From: Squalus acanthias | Lineage: Eukaryota | Length of the DNA stretch: 64,000 bases | Direction of reading: 5' to 3' | NCBI GenBank assembly: GCA_030390025.1 | Contig: CM059438.1 | Location: 54,624,001-54,688,000, forward strand | In this document: positions 37,451 through 50,148 of the stretch, piece after piece | How the letters are laid out: each line of letters opens with the position of its first letter | Numbering within the stretch: the stretch's first letter is position 1 | The notes under the pieces: generated by a model | The model's database searches: none | What the model was told of the DNA's origin: nothing | What the model saw: only the letters and a program-made list of their open reading frames with translations | Position numbers and translations under genes: made by a program

Positions 37451-39055
37451 CTAACAATTAGTAAGAAGGCAACTGGCTGGCTGAACTTTTTACTCATAGA
37501 ATGGTTACAGCATAGAAGGAGGCCTTTCCGCCCGTCTAGCCCGTGCCGGCTCTCTGCAAGAGCACTTCAGCTAGTCTCACTCCCCCGCCCGTAGCCCTGC
37601 AAATTTTTTCCCCTCAGCTACTTATCCAACTCCCTTTGAAAGCCACAGTTGAATCTGCCTCCACCACCCTTTCAGGCAGTGCATTCCAGATCCTAACCAC
37701 TCGCTGAGTAAAAAAGTTTTTTCTTATGTCACCTTTGGTTCTTTTGCCAATCACCTTGAATGTGTGTCCTCTGCTTCTCGACCCTTCTGTCAATGGGAAC
37801 AGTTTCTCTCTATCTACTCTGTCCAGACCCCTCATGATTTTGAACACCTCTATCAAATCTCCTCTCAATCTTGTCTGCTCCAAGGAGAACAACCCCAGCT
37901 TCTCCAGTCTATCAATGTAACTGAAGTCCCTCATTCCTGGAATCATTCTCATAAATCTTTTTTGCACCTTCTCTGAGGCCTTTACATCCTTCCTACTGTG
38001 TCCCAGAATTGAATACAGTACTCCAGTTGGGGCCGAACCAGTATTTTATACAGGTTCATCATAATTTCCACACTTTTGTACTCTATACCTCTATTTATGA
38101 AGCCCAGGATCCCATAAGCCTTTTTAACTGCTTTCTCAACCTGCCCTGCCACCTTTAATGATTTGTGCACACATACCCCCAGGTCTCTGTTCGTGCACCC
38201 CCTTTAGGATTGTACCATTTAATTTATATGTCCTCTCCCCATTCTTTCTACCAAAATGTATCACTTCACACTTTTCTGCGTTAAATTTCATCTGCCACGT
38301 GTCTGCTCACTCCACCGGCCTGTCTATGTCTTCCTGAAGTCTATCACTCTCTTCCTCCCTGTTCACTATACTTCCAAGTTTTGTGTCATCTGCAAATTTT
38401 GAAATTGTGCCCTGTACACCCACGTCCAAGTCATTAATATATATCAAGAAAAGCAGTGGTCCTCGAACCGACCCCTGGGGAACACCACTGTATATCTTCC
38501 TCCAGTCCAAAAAACAACCGTTCACCACTACTCTCTGTTTCCTGTCACTTAGCCAATTTCGTATCCATGCTGCCACTGTCCCTTTTATTCCATGGGCTTC
38601 AACTTTGCTGGCAAGCCTATTATGTGGAACTTTGTCGAACGCCTTTTGGAAATCCATGTACACCACGTCAACCGCATTACCTGCATCAACCCTCTCTGTT
38701 ACCTTATCAAATAACTCGATCAAGTTGGTTAAACACGATTTGCCTTTAACAAATCTGTGCTGGCTTTCCTTAATTAATCCACACCTATCCAAGTGACAGT
38801 TAATTTTGTCCTTGATTACTGTTTCGAAAAGCTTCCCCACTACCGAGGTTAAACTGACTGGCCTGTAGTTGCTGGGTTTATCTTTGCACCCTTTTTTGAA
38901 CAATGGTGTAACATTTGCAATTCTCCAGTCCTCTGGCACCACGCCATATCTATGGAGGATTGGAATATTATGGCCAGTATCTCCGCGATTTCCGCCCTCA
39001 ATTCCCTCAGCATCCTAGGATGTATCTCATCCGCTCCTGGTGATTTATTTATTTT

Positions 39056-39362
39056 CACAGAATCACAGAATCCCCACAGTGCAGATAGAGGCCATTTCAG
39101 CCCATCGAGCCTGCACCGACACATATCCCACCCTATCCCCGTAACCCCACGTATTTAATCCCCCCTAACACTAAGGGTCAATTTATCATAGCCAAATCAA
39201 CCTAACCCGCACATCTTTGGACTGTGGGAGGAAACCGGAGCAAACCCACGCAGACACGGGGAGAATGTGCAAACTCCACACAGACAGTCACCCGAGGCTG
39301 GATTCGAACCCGGGTCCCTGGCGCTGTGAGGCAACAGTGCTAACCACTATGCCACCATGTTG
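39056..39362 (-). mobile_element. HE1-like V-SINE
   Basis: Minus strand: TGGCATAGTGG A box, GGTTCGAATCC B box, V-domain GTGTGGAGTTTGCACATTCTCCCCGTG..CCTCCCACAGTCCAAAGATGTG, CR1-type tail GATTCTGTGATTCTGTG. Confidence 0.9.
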
Positions 39363-41427
39363 CCCCTAAGTGCAGCCAGCCTTTCTAATACCTCTTTATC
39401 AATTTTTATCCTATCAAGTGTCTCCACTACCTCCTCCTTCACTGTGTCTATGGCAGCATCCTCTTCCTTGGTGAAGACAGATGCAAAGTACTCATTTAGT
39501 ACCTCAGCCATATCCTCTGCCTCCATGCATAAGTCTCCTATTTGGTCCCTAATCGGCCCCTCCTCTCCTCTTACTACCCTTTTACTATTTATATCCCTAT
39601 AGAAGACTTTTGGATTACCTTTTATGTTGGCTGCCATTTTATTCTCATACCCTCTCTTTGCCCCTCTTATTTCCTTTTTAATTTCTCCTCTGACCTTTCT
39701 ATATATAGCCTGATTCTCAGATGTATTTGCAACGTGACATCTGTCATACGCACTCGTTTTCTGCTTCATCATATTCTCTATCTCTTTCATCATCCAGGGA
39801 GCCCTGACTTTAGTTGCCCTGCCTTTCCCCCTGGTGGGAATGTACCTCAACTGTAACTGAACTATTTCCTCTTTAAAGGCAGCCCATTGTTCCATTACAG
39901 TTTTGCCTGCCAATCTTTGATTCCAGTTTACCCGGGCCAGATCCATTTTCATCCCACTGAAATTAGCAATCCTCCAGTTAAATATTTTTACTTTAGATTG
40001 GTCCCTGTCCTTTTCCATCGCTAATCTAAACCTTATGATACTATGATCACTGTTCCCTAAATGTTCACCTACTGACACTTGCTCCACTTGACCTACCTCA
40101 TTCCCCAGAACCAGATCCAGCAATGCCTCCTCCCTCGTCGGGCCAGAAACATACTGATCAAGAAAGTTATCCTGAACACACTTCAGAAATTCTTCCCATT
40201 CTCTGCCCTTTACACTATTACGATCCCAGTCTATATTAGAATAGTTGAAGTCCCCCATTATTACTACTCTATAGTTCTTGCACCTCTCTGTAATTTCTCT
40301 GCAAATTTGTTCCTCCATATATTTCCCACTATTTGGTGGTCTATAGAATACACCTAGTAGTGAAATGGCACCTCTATCATTTCTTAACTCTAGCCATATA
40401 GATTCTGTCCTTAACCCCTCCAATTAACCAATACTGCCACACATCTTTCCTTCACACCTTATAACCAAGAATATTTAATACCCAATCCTGCCCTTTTTTG
40501 AGCCAGGTCTCAGTTACTGCCACAAAATCATATTCCCATGTGGCTATTTGTGTCTGCAGCTCACTTACCTTGTTTACTATGCTTTGTGCGTTCACATACA
40601 TGCACTGTAAACCCATCTTAGACCATCCTGCATTCTCTCTTAGTTTGACCCCACCTAATACCTTAACATTTCTTACTTTAGTGTTCTCTGCCTCCCCCAA
40701 TCCTTTGAGCACTTGATTTCCCCTTTCTAATATTACATCCTGGTGCCCATCCCCCTGCCAAATTAGTTTAAACCCTCCCCAACAGCACTAGCAAACCTCC
40801 CCACGAGGATATTGGTTCAGGCCCTGTGGAGGTGCAACCCGTCCGGCCTGTACAGGTCCCACCTCCCCCAGAACCGTCCCCAATGCCCCAGGAATCTGAA
40901 GCCCTCCCTCCTGCACCATCTCTCCAGCCACGCATTCATCTGCTCTATCCTCCTATTTCTATACTCACTCACGCTTGGCACTGGGAGTAATCCGGAGAAC
41001 ACTACCTTTGCGGTCCTGCTTTTTAATCTTTTTCCTAGCTCCCTAAAATCTGCCTGCAGGACCTCATCCATCTTTCTACCTATGTCGTTGGTACCAATAT
41101 GGACCACGACCTCTGGCTGTTCATCCTCCCCCCTCAGAATGTTCTGCATCTGCTCAGAAACATCCTTAACCCTGGCACCAGGGAGGCAACATACCATCCT
41201 GGAGTCATGTCTGCGGCCGCAGAAACGCCTGTCTGTTCCCCTAACTATCGAATTCCCTACCACTATTGCTCTCCCACTCTTGTTCCTCCCCCCCTGTACA
41301 GCTGAGCCACCCGTGGTGCCACGGACTTGGCTCTGGCTGTACTCTCCAGAGGAACCATCGCCCTCACCAGTACTCAGAACCGAATACTGGTTGGAGAGCG
41401 AGATGCACTCAGGGGACTCCTGCACTA

Positions 41428-41548
41428 CATAGAAACATAGAAGATAGGAGCAGGAGTAGGCCATTCGGCCCCTTGAGCCTGTTCCACCATTTAATGAGAT
41501 CATGGCTGATCATCCAAATTCAGTACCCTGTCCCTGCTTTCTCCCCAT
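41428..41548 (-). mobile_element. short CR1 3'UTR insertion inside CR1 ORF1
   Basis: CATAGAAACATAGAAGATAGGAGCAGGAGTAGGCC.. matches the tail at 29830-29960. Confidence 0.85.
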
Positions 41549-41864
41549 ACCTGCCTGGTCCTCCTCTTCTGTTTGGTAGTCACCCATTCCCTCTCTGCCT
41601 GCACACTCCTTAGCTGTGGGGTGACCACCTCCTGAAACGTGCTAGCCACGTAGCTCTCAGCCTCGCGAATGCACCACAGCTGACGACACTTCCTGCACAC
41701 GTGTTTGTCCAGGACACGGGAAGTGTCCTGGATTTCCCACATGGCACAAGATGTGCATTCCGTGGGACTGAGCTGCCTTGCCATGCCTCTATTTAATAGA
41801 CTATTAACTAACTGCGCTGGCTCTTTTGAAAGAGTAGTCGTGCTTAGTCCCACATCCCCGCTTT

Positions 41865-42345
41865 TTGTCCTTAACCCTGCAAGTTCTTCATCCTCAAGTA
41901 CCTGTCCAACACCCTTTTAATGGAATCAGCTTCCACTACCTTTCCAGGTAGAGCGTTCCAGATCAGGCAACTCCCCTCTAGATCTTTTGCCAATGATCTT
42001 GAATCTATGACCTCTGGTTATTGACCCACTTGCTAGAAGGAATATTTTTTCCCTATTTATTCTATCAAAACCTCTCATCATCTTGAAAACCTCTATTAGG
42101 TCACGTCTTCACCTTCCTTGTTCCAAGGAGAAAAGTCCTACCTTTTACAACTTCTCATAACTGAAGTCCCTCATCCCTGGTAACATCCTGGTAAACCTCC
42201 TCTGTACCCTTTCTAATGTCTTTACATCTTTCCTGAAGTGTGGTGATCAAAATTGTCCACAATACTCCAGCTGAGGCCAAACCAGTGATTTATAAAGTTC
42301 TATCATGATCTCTTTGCTTTTATACTCCATCCCTCTATTTATAAA
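41865..42345 (-). mobile_element. CR1 3' fragment
   Basis: Reverse strand PQLEYCGQF, LERVQRRFTRMLPG and FSLEQ coding. Confidence 0.85.
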
Positions 42346-42977
42346 CGGAGTGATTATTTGCAACACATTTTTGACTCTGCGTATGCGCGCCTGTTTGGGG
42401 AGAGGGGATTGAAGTGGGGAAAGAGAGAGGAGATCGGAGGAGGGGGGGAGAGAGAGTGAGAGAAAGGAGATCGGAGGAAGGGAGAGAGATAGAAGAGAGA
42501 GGAACTTGAAGGGGGGAGAAGGTCAGGTGCTCGGGGAGAGATGGTCAGGAACTTGTTGGCGGGGGGAGCAGTGAGGAGTGGGGAAGAATGTGATCCAGGT
42601 CTAAAGGGGAGGGGGGGGGGGGAATGAATACAAGAACGTTATCTAGATGATAAGATAGATCACGTTCTCCCGCCCTCTGTTAGACCTGGATCATGTTCTT
42701 CCACCCCTACCCTCTTTACACTTGCACCACGTTCGCCCTCACCTCCCCGCCACCCCCAACCCCCAAGCTGCTGTGGTTCAAGAAGGCAGCTCACTACCAC
42801 CCTCTCAAGGGCGACTTGGGATAGGCAATAAATAAATGAATTTTTAAAAATGAAAGCGTATTCTGTGTTGGTCCTACAACATGCGTAATGTTACTTTTAT
42901 GTGTTATTTGCCAGACTCCATTATTCCAATGTTCTTCTGGCCAGCCTCCCATTTTCCACCCTCAATTAACTTGAGCT

Positions 42978-43216
42978 TGTGGCGGATCGCCACCTAAACG
43001 GGCATTATCCACTTTTCCGTCCGTGGACAAATATCGAGCACCTTGCCTTTAAGGCACCTTACCTTTAAGGCAGGAGTGGGCGGGGCCTCAGGATTTTTCC
43101 AGTGAATTCTGGGAGCAGTCTGTTCAGCCATTTTGTACCATGCAGTTGCATTAAAAAGTCTCTCGTTTTCCACACATGGATTCAGTCTTAATTCGTGTTT
43201 CGCGGCAGCCTCAACA
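42978..43216 (+). mobile_element. solo LTR (239 bp) inserted in an L2 remnant
   Basis: TG...CA termini with 4-bp TSD AGCT (42974-42977, 43217-43220). Removing it restores L2 CTTGAGCTCATCCAAAACTCTGCTGC. ATTAAA near 43150. Confidence 0.8.
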
Positions 43217-43346
43217 AGCTCATCCAAAACTCTGCTGCACATATCCTAACATGCAAATCCCATTCACCCATCACCTCTGCGCTCGATAAGCTGTGCAGCC
43301 TGTTAAAGGGACCGTGCACCCAAAAGAAATTAGGGGGAAACACTGA

Positions 43347-43522
43347 AATATAAACAGAAAGTGCTGGAAATGCTCAGCAAGTCAGGCAGCATCTGTGTAG
43401 GACCATCAACCTGAAATGTTAACTCTGTTTCTCTCTCCACAGATGCTGCCTGACCTGCTGAGTATTTCCAGCACTTACTGTTTTTATTTCAGATTTCCAG
43501 CATCCGCAGTATTTTGCTTTTG
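43347..43522. mobile_element. second hairpin mini-element family (probably Penelope-derived)
   Basis: AAACAGAAAGTGCTGGAAATGCTCAGCAAGTCAGGCAGCATCTGTG and its inverted copy CACAGATGCTGCCTGACCTGCTGAGTATTTCCAGCACTTACTGTTT. Confidence 0.65.
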
Positions 43523-43889
43523 TATTAGGGGGAACATTATCCACCAACACCTTGATTTTAAAATTCTCATCCTCGTTAAAATCACTCCATCGCCTCATCC
43601 CTTCCTATCTGAACTCGGAAGTGTGAGTGCTCCTAACCCGGGAGGGTGAGCCCTGCCTGTTCTCTGAAAGCAGGAGTGTTAGCACCATTGAGCTCTGGAG
43701 CTGGCTGTCACAATGAATGGATCATATTACACATTGCAAAGTACTTGATTACTCAGGCAGGCAGGATCTAATTACACATTCCAGACAAACTGTTGGGTGT
43801 GTCTTGTCCTCCAAGGGCATAAATCAGAAATCTGGTCTTGCCCTCCAAGGGGACCAATGAGAACTTTGGTGTTACACATAGTTACGGCC

Positions 43890-45885
43890 AAGTAACCCAT
43901 ATGCTTTTTTAACCACCTTATCAACTTGCCCTGCCACCTTTAAGGATTTGTGTATATGGACACCAAGGTCTCTCTGCTCATCCACACTTTTCAAAATTGT
44001 GCCATTTATAGCAAATTATCTTTCCATATTAGTCCTCCCAAAGTGCATCATTTCATACATCTCAGCATTGAACTCCATCTGCTATGCTTCTGCCCATTTC
44101 ACCATTCTGTCTATGTCATCCTGAAGCCTATAACTATCATCATCATGATCTACTACTTTGCCAAGTTTTGTATCAACTGCAAACTTTATAATGCTGCTCC
44201 CTACATCCGAGTCTAGGTCATTTATAAAAATTGCAAAGAGTAATGGACCCAAAAGTGACCCTTGGGGAACACCACTGCAATCCACCTCCCAGTCTGAAAA
44301 ACACCCATCCACCAGCACCCTTTGCTTCCTGTCACTGAGCCAATTTTGTATCCATACCGCCACTTTCCCTTCAATTCCATGGGCTTCCATCTTCTTAATA
44401 AGCCTCCTGTGTGGCACTTTGTCGAATGCCTTCCGAAAGTCCATATATATACAACATCTACTGCACTACCTTGATCAAGTTTTTCTGTTACTTCATCAAA
44501 GAATTCAATCAAGTTAGTCAGACACGATTTATCTTTCACAAATTCATGCTGGCTCTCCTTGATTAACCCATGTCTTTCTAAATGAAAGTTTATTTTGTCC
44601 CTGATAATGGTTTCCAATAACTTCCCCACCGCTGATGTTAGGCTGACTGGCCTGTAGTTTCCTGGTTTATCCCTCTCCTCTTTCTTGAATAGTGGTATAA
44701 CATTAGCAACCCTCCAGTCCTCCGGCACCACTCCTGTATCCAATGAGGATTGAAAGATTGTGACCAATGCCTCTGCTATTTCTACCTTTGCTTCTTTCAG
44801 CAACCTAGGATGCATTCCATCTGGACCAGGTGACTTACCAACTTTCCGTAATGTTAATCTTTTTAGTATGTCTTCGCTATCTATTATCATCCTGTCCATA
44901 ACTTCTCTCTCCTCTTTTAGTGCAACTTTCACATCATCCGCTTCCTTTGTGAAGACAGATGCAAAGTACTCATTTAATACTTTTGCCAAGTCCTCTGCCT
45001 CTACATGAAGATTTCCCTTTGGTTTCTTAATACGCCCAACTTTTTCCCTAGCTAACCTCTTACACTTTATATGTTTATAAAAAGTTTTAGGGTTCAATTT
45101 AATGTTGCCTGCTAACCTTTTCTCGTAACCTCTCTTTGCCTCCCATATTAACTTTTTCAATTTCCTCCTGCACTTTCCATAATTTCCTGGTTATTAACTG
45201 AATCTTGCTCCTGACATTTGTCATAAGCCTCCTTTTTCTGTTTTATTTTAACTTTTATTTCCTTTGTCATCCTGAGCGCATTAGCTTTGGATGCTCTACC
45301 TTTTCCCTTCAAAAGGTATATGCCTAGTTTGTAGCTGAACTATCTCTTCCCTGAATGCCCTCCATTGCTCAGTTACTGCTTTAACCTGCAATCGCTTTTT
45401 CCAATCTACCTGTTCTAGGTCCCTTCTTAAATCACCGAAATTATCTCTTCTCCAGTTGAGTATATTTGGCTTCGATATTTTCTGGTCTCTTTCCATAATT
45501 ACTTTAAACCGAATTATGTTGTGGTCACTGTTAGCTAGATGATCTCCTACTGTAACACACTCCACTTGCCCTACTTCATTTCCCAGAACTAGATCCAACA
45601 CTGCTTCCTTCCTTGTTGGACTGGAGACATATTGGTAAAGAAAGTTCTCCTGTACACATCAGAACTTCCTCTCCTTCCCTACACTTAGCACTATGTTTTT
45701 CTCAGTCTATATTTGGGTAATTAAAATCTCCTCATATTACTACTCTATTTTTGTTACACGCCTTTGAAATTTGCCAAATTTGCTCATCTATCTCCTTCTC
45801 GCTGTTTGGAGCTCTATAAAAAAAAACTCCCAACAATGTAACAGCTCCCCCTCTGTTCCTCAACTCAAGCCAAATAGATTCATCC
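43890..45885 (-). mobile_element. CR1 internal fragment (EN-RT)
   Basis: ORFs 44082-45601 with NSDHN, KSPGPDG and DFRKAFDKVPH. Confidence 0.92.
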
Positions 45886-45904
45886 ACAACCATCTAGTAA
45901 AGTC

Positions 45905-47145
45905 TGCACGGATTTGTTAAAGGCAAATCGTGTTTGACTAACTTGATTGAGTTCTTTGCTGAAGTAATGGAGAGGGTTGATGAAGACAGTGCGGCTGATT
46001 TTGTGTATATGGACTTACAAAACATGTTTGACAAAGTGCCACATAATAGACTTGCAAGCAAAACTAAAGCCCATGGGATTAAAGGGACAGTAGCAGTGTG
46101 GATACAAAATTGGCTAAGGGACAGAAAGTAGAGGAGTAGTGGTGAACAGTTGTTTTTCAGACTGGTGCAGTGGTGTTCCCCAGGGGTTGGTATTAGGACC
46201 ACTACTCTTTTTGACATACATTAATGACCTGAATTTAGGTATATAGGACATAATTTCAAAATTTGCAGATGACACAAAACTTGGAAATGTAGTAAACAAT
46301 GTGGAGGATAGTAACAGACCTCAGGAGGACATAGACAGACTGGTGAAATGGGCAGACACATGGAAGATGAAGTTTAATGCGAGAAGTGTGAAACATTTTG
46401 GTATGAAGAATGAGGAGAGGCAAAATGAACTAAATGGTACAATTTTAAAGGGGTGCAGGAATAGAGAGACCTGGAGGCGTATGTGTACACATTTTTGAAG
46501 GTGGCAATACAAGTTTAGAAGGCAGTTCAAAAAGCACATGGGATGCTTGACTTTATTAATAGAGGCATAGAGTATAAAAGCAAGGAAGTTATGCTAAACC
46601 TATATAAATCACTGGCTAGCTGGAGTATTGAGTTCAATTCTGGGCACCACACTTTAGGAGGATGTCAAGTGCTTAGAGAGGGTGCAGAAGAAAGTTACTA
46701 GAATGGTATCAGGGATGAGCGACTTCAGTTAGGTGGAGAGACTGGAGAAGATGGGGTTGTTCTCCTTAGAGCAGCGAAGGTTAAGAAGAAATTTGATGAA
46801 GGTGATCAAAATCATAAATGGTTTTGATAGAGTAAAGGCGAAACTGTTCCCATTGGCAGAAGGCTCGGTAACCAGAGGACACAGATTTAAGGTGATAGGC
46901 AAAAGAACTAGAGGTGACATGAGGAAATTCATTTTTAAGCAGCAAGTTGTTGTGATCTGGAATGCACTGCCTGAAAAGGTGGTGGAAGCAGATTCAACAG
47001 TAACTTTCAAAAGGGAATTGAATACATACTTCAAGGGTAATAATTTGTAGGGCTATGGGGGTAGAGCCGGGGAGTGGGATTAATTGGATAGCTCTTTCAA
47101 AGAGCCGGCACAGGCACGATGAGCCAAATGGCTTTCTCTGTGCTG
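45905..47145 (+). mobile_element. CR1 3' fragment
   Basis: From HGFVKGKSC through WNALP and the 3'UTR, frameshifted. Confidence 0.92.
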
Positions 47146-47706
47146 TGTCAGAGTAGAAGTTTTACTCCGCACCTATCTGACTGTTATACTTGTCCTGGGT
47201 GCCTGCAAAGGAAATTTTTTTCATTCACGAGCACTAACATCCCTCACCACGATGAGCACACATAAAAATAAATATTTTAGTCTGTGGCTTGTTAATTGTC
47301 TGACGTTAAAAACACAGTGAGTGAGCAGACCTCAGATATAAGAGATGATAATGCAGCAGACGTGCCTCCATATCAGGTCAATTCTGATCTGTGGCGATCT
47401 AACTGCTGTGAGCAACAACAACTGAGCAATCACCGTACACAATGGGGTGGAATGGCAAACAGAAATTACAGGAAATTGTATTTTTTATAATCTTTGATAG
47501 ACTCCGTGGAGACAGGCTACTGGCTGGGTAGTTAATTCTATTTATAATAGGTTTTATTTAATGCTGGTGTTATTATGATCTGAGCCGTATCAAGAATTTG
47601 CATTAAAAGTATTCATGAAACTTAAAGTTAAGACAAAGAATAGCACAAATGTTTTAATTTTTAACTCCTGGTGCAGTGCAGAATTAATTAAGTCACTAAC
47701 AACAAT

Positions 47707-48459
47707 GGGCCAGAAATTCGGCTCTCCGGCTTCCCGCGGGTGCAAGAATCGCACGCGTACTTACCTAGCGCGCCTGCCGTTGTGCTTCGGGCCCGCGTGG
47801 AATTCAGCTCCTGGGCCTCCTGCAGCTGCCGGCGCGCAGTGCTTGCGTATCCCAGGGGCGCAGTTAGTTCGAAGCGTCCCCTGGGATCACGTGGGACATG
47901 GAGAGCCAATCAGAGCAGGGAATCTTCATTCATAGATTTTTGACAGGAAGACCTGTCAAATCTATGAATAGAGATCGGCCCCAAAACCTCACTAAAACTT
48001 CAAATAAATAAAAAAAAAACATCACATTTTTAAAATAACTAAATTACATAAATTAACTACTTTAAACAAAAATTTAAATTTTTGAAAAAATTAATTACAC
48101 TTTTTAACGGTGCTAAAAATAAACTTACCTTTCTTTAAAGTATGTAAAAAAGATAAACCTGTTGAAAAATTTTTTAAATTGTACTTAATTCACCACTTAC
48201 CTTGTTAAAAGCAGGCCTTGCGCCTCCTTTTTCCCCACGCAGCTTCTCCGTACTTACCCTCACGGAGAAAACTGAAAAAAAAATAGAAGTTCGCTGCGTG
48301 CACGCTGCCTCTCCGGCACACGCGTTCGATCTCTGAACCCCTTCCTTCAGGGGAACGGACATTCCGGTTTCCAGCGCATGCGCGAAACCGGCACTTTCAT
48401 TGGGTCTACGGGTGAGTACCCAGCGCGTACTCACCCGTGGAGACCCGAATTTCTGGCCC
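47707..48459 (+). mobile_element. complete Harbinger-type MITE (753 bp)
   Basis: 21-bp TIR GGGCCAGAAATTCGG(C/G)TCTCC and 3-bp TSD AAT. Confidence 0.9.
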
Positions 48460-49454
48460 AATTGTCTCTCCACCATTCCAATCCTGTGCTGTGGAGCCCG
48501 AGAGCCACATGACGTGACAGTGTGTGAACACTAGTGGCAAGTGATGGGGCAGTTCCATGGAGTTCAGAATGTTTTGACATTGCACTGATTTTCCAGACAA
48601 GCTATCAAGGATTCCAAATGCTGATGCTCTATGGAAAATACAAAGAATTGGTATGTATGGAATATTCATCCAGTTGTATGGAAATCAGCAAATCAGAGAA
48701 TAGAATAGAATCATAGAATGGTTACAACACAGAAGGAGGCCATTCGGCCTATCGAGCCTATGCCGGCTCTCTGCAAGAGCGCTTCAGCTAGTCCCACTCC
48801 CCCACCCTTTCCCCGTAGCCCTGCAAATTTTTTTCTTTCAGGTAGAATACGGGACAGAATGTCATTCGGCCAATTGTGTCTGTGCCAGCTCTTTGAAAGA
48901 GCTATCCAATTAGACCCATTCCCCTGACCTTCCCCCATAGGCCTGTACATTTTTCCTTTTCAAGAATATATATATTTTCCCTTTTCAAGTTTCAATTCCC
49001 TTTTGAAAGTTACTATTGAATCTGCTTCCACCACCCTTTCAGGTAGTGCATTCCAGATCACAACTCGCTGCATAAAAAAAAAATCACCTCAGCTCCCTCC
49101 TGGTGCTTTTGTCAATTACCTTAATTCTGTGTTATTGACCAGTGGAAACAGTTTCTCCCTATCTACTCTATCAAAACCATTCATAATTCTGAATACCTCT
49201 ATTAAATCTCTCCTTAACTGTCTCTGCTCGAAGGAGAACAATCCCAGCTTCTCCAGTCTCTCCACATAACTGAAGTCCCTCATCCCTGGTATCATCCTAG
49301 TAAACCTCCTTTGTACCGTCTCCAAAACCTTGACATTCTTCCTAAAATGTGGTGCTCAGAATTGTACACAATACTCCAGCTGAGGCCTCACCAGTGATTT
49401 GTAAAGGTTTAGCGCGACTTCCTTGTTTTTGTATTCAATGCCTGTATTTACAAA

Positions 49455-50148
49455 ATTGAGAGGTCGCACAACACCAGGTTATAGTCCAACAGTTTTATTT
49501 GAAATCACAAGCTTTCGGAGCTATCGCTCCTTCCTCAGGTGAAGTAAATTGGATACAGAATCGCCAGAGCATATATAGATGGAAAAAAAAGCATGTGTAC
49601 TTTACAATTGCAGACCAATAAATTAAATCATCCTGACTATCTGCCGAGGTGTGATAAAGTTAATTAAGTCAGCCAGGAAGGTACCACATCAAAAGACATA
49701 GCAAGATACAACTGAGACAATGAGGTGTAGTCGCAGGGGTTCCAACGTGTCAAAAGCTGCCGTCTGTATGTAAAACGAAAAGCTTTAAAAAAAATTTTAC
49801 TTTTTTACTGGGAAAATTTTTACTTTTTTACTGGGAATCACATCTGTGAACAAGCTAACGACGACTCGAGTCCGGATCACGTCATGTATCGTGACATAAA
49901 CCCAAGATCCCGATTGAGACCGTCTTCATGAGTGCGGAACTTGGCTATCAGTTTCTGCTCGATGATTTTGCGTTGTGTGTTTCTAAGGTTGCCTTGGAGA
50001 ACGCTTACCCGCAGATCCGAGGCTGAATGTCCTTGACTGCTGAAGTGTTCCCCGACTGGGAGGTAACAATCCTGCCTGGCGATTGTTGCGCGGTGCTCGT
50101 TCATACGTTGTCTCAGTGTCTGCATGGTCTCGCCGATGTACCATACCA
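49455..50148 (-). mobile_element. 5'-truncated Penelope-like element (GIY-YIG)
   Basis: WYIGETMQTLRQRMNEHR...GLNRDLGF. TSD TGTATTTACAAA (49443-49454, 50149-50160). Nearly identical to 19507-20109. Confidence 0.93.

Larger units (their letters stand above)
37495..41820 (-). mobile_element. near-full-length decayed CR1 (ORF1 Zn-finger + SGNH esterase, ORF2)
   Basis: ORF1 CTSC..CRKC, VGNSIVRG, HIGTND, DGLHL (40817-41785). ORF2 fragments 37614-40712. 3'UTR at ~37495-37610. Confidence 0.93.

Noticed and set aside
39290..39362. tRNA gene
   Set aside because: tRNA-derived head of an HE1-like SINE, continuous with the V-domain and CR1-type tail.
43890..47145. Single CR1 with twin-priming inversion
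   Set aside because: The two oppositely oriented pieces overlap in RT coverage and differ in sequence, so they are separate insertions.
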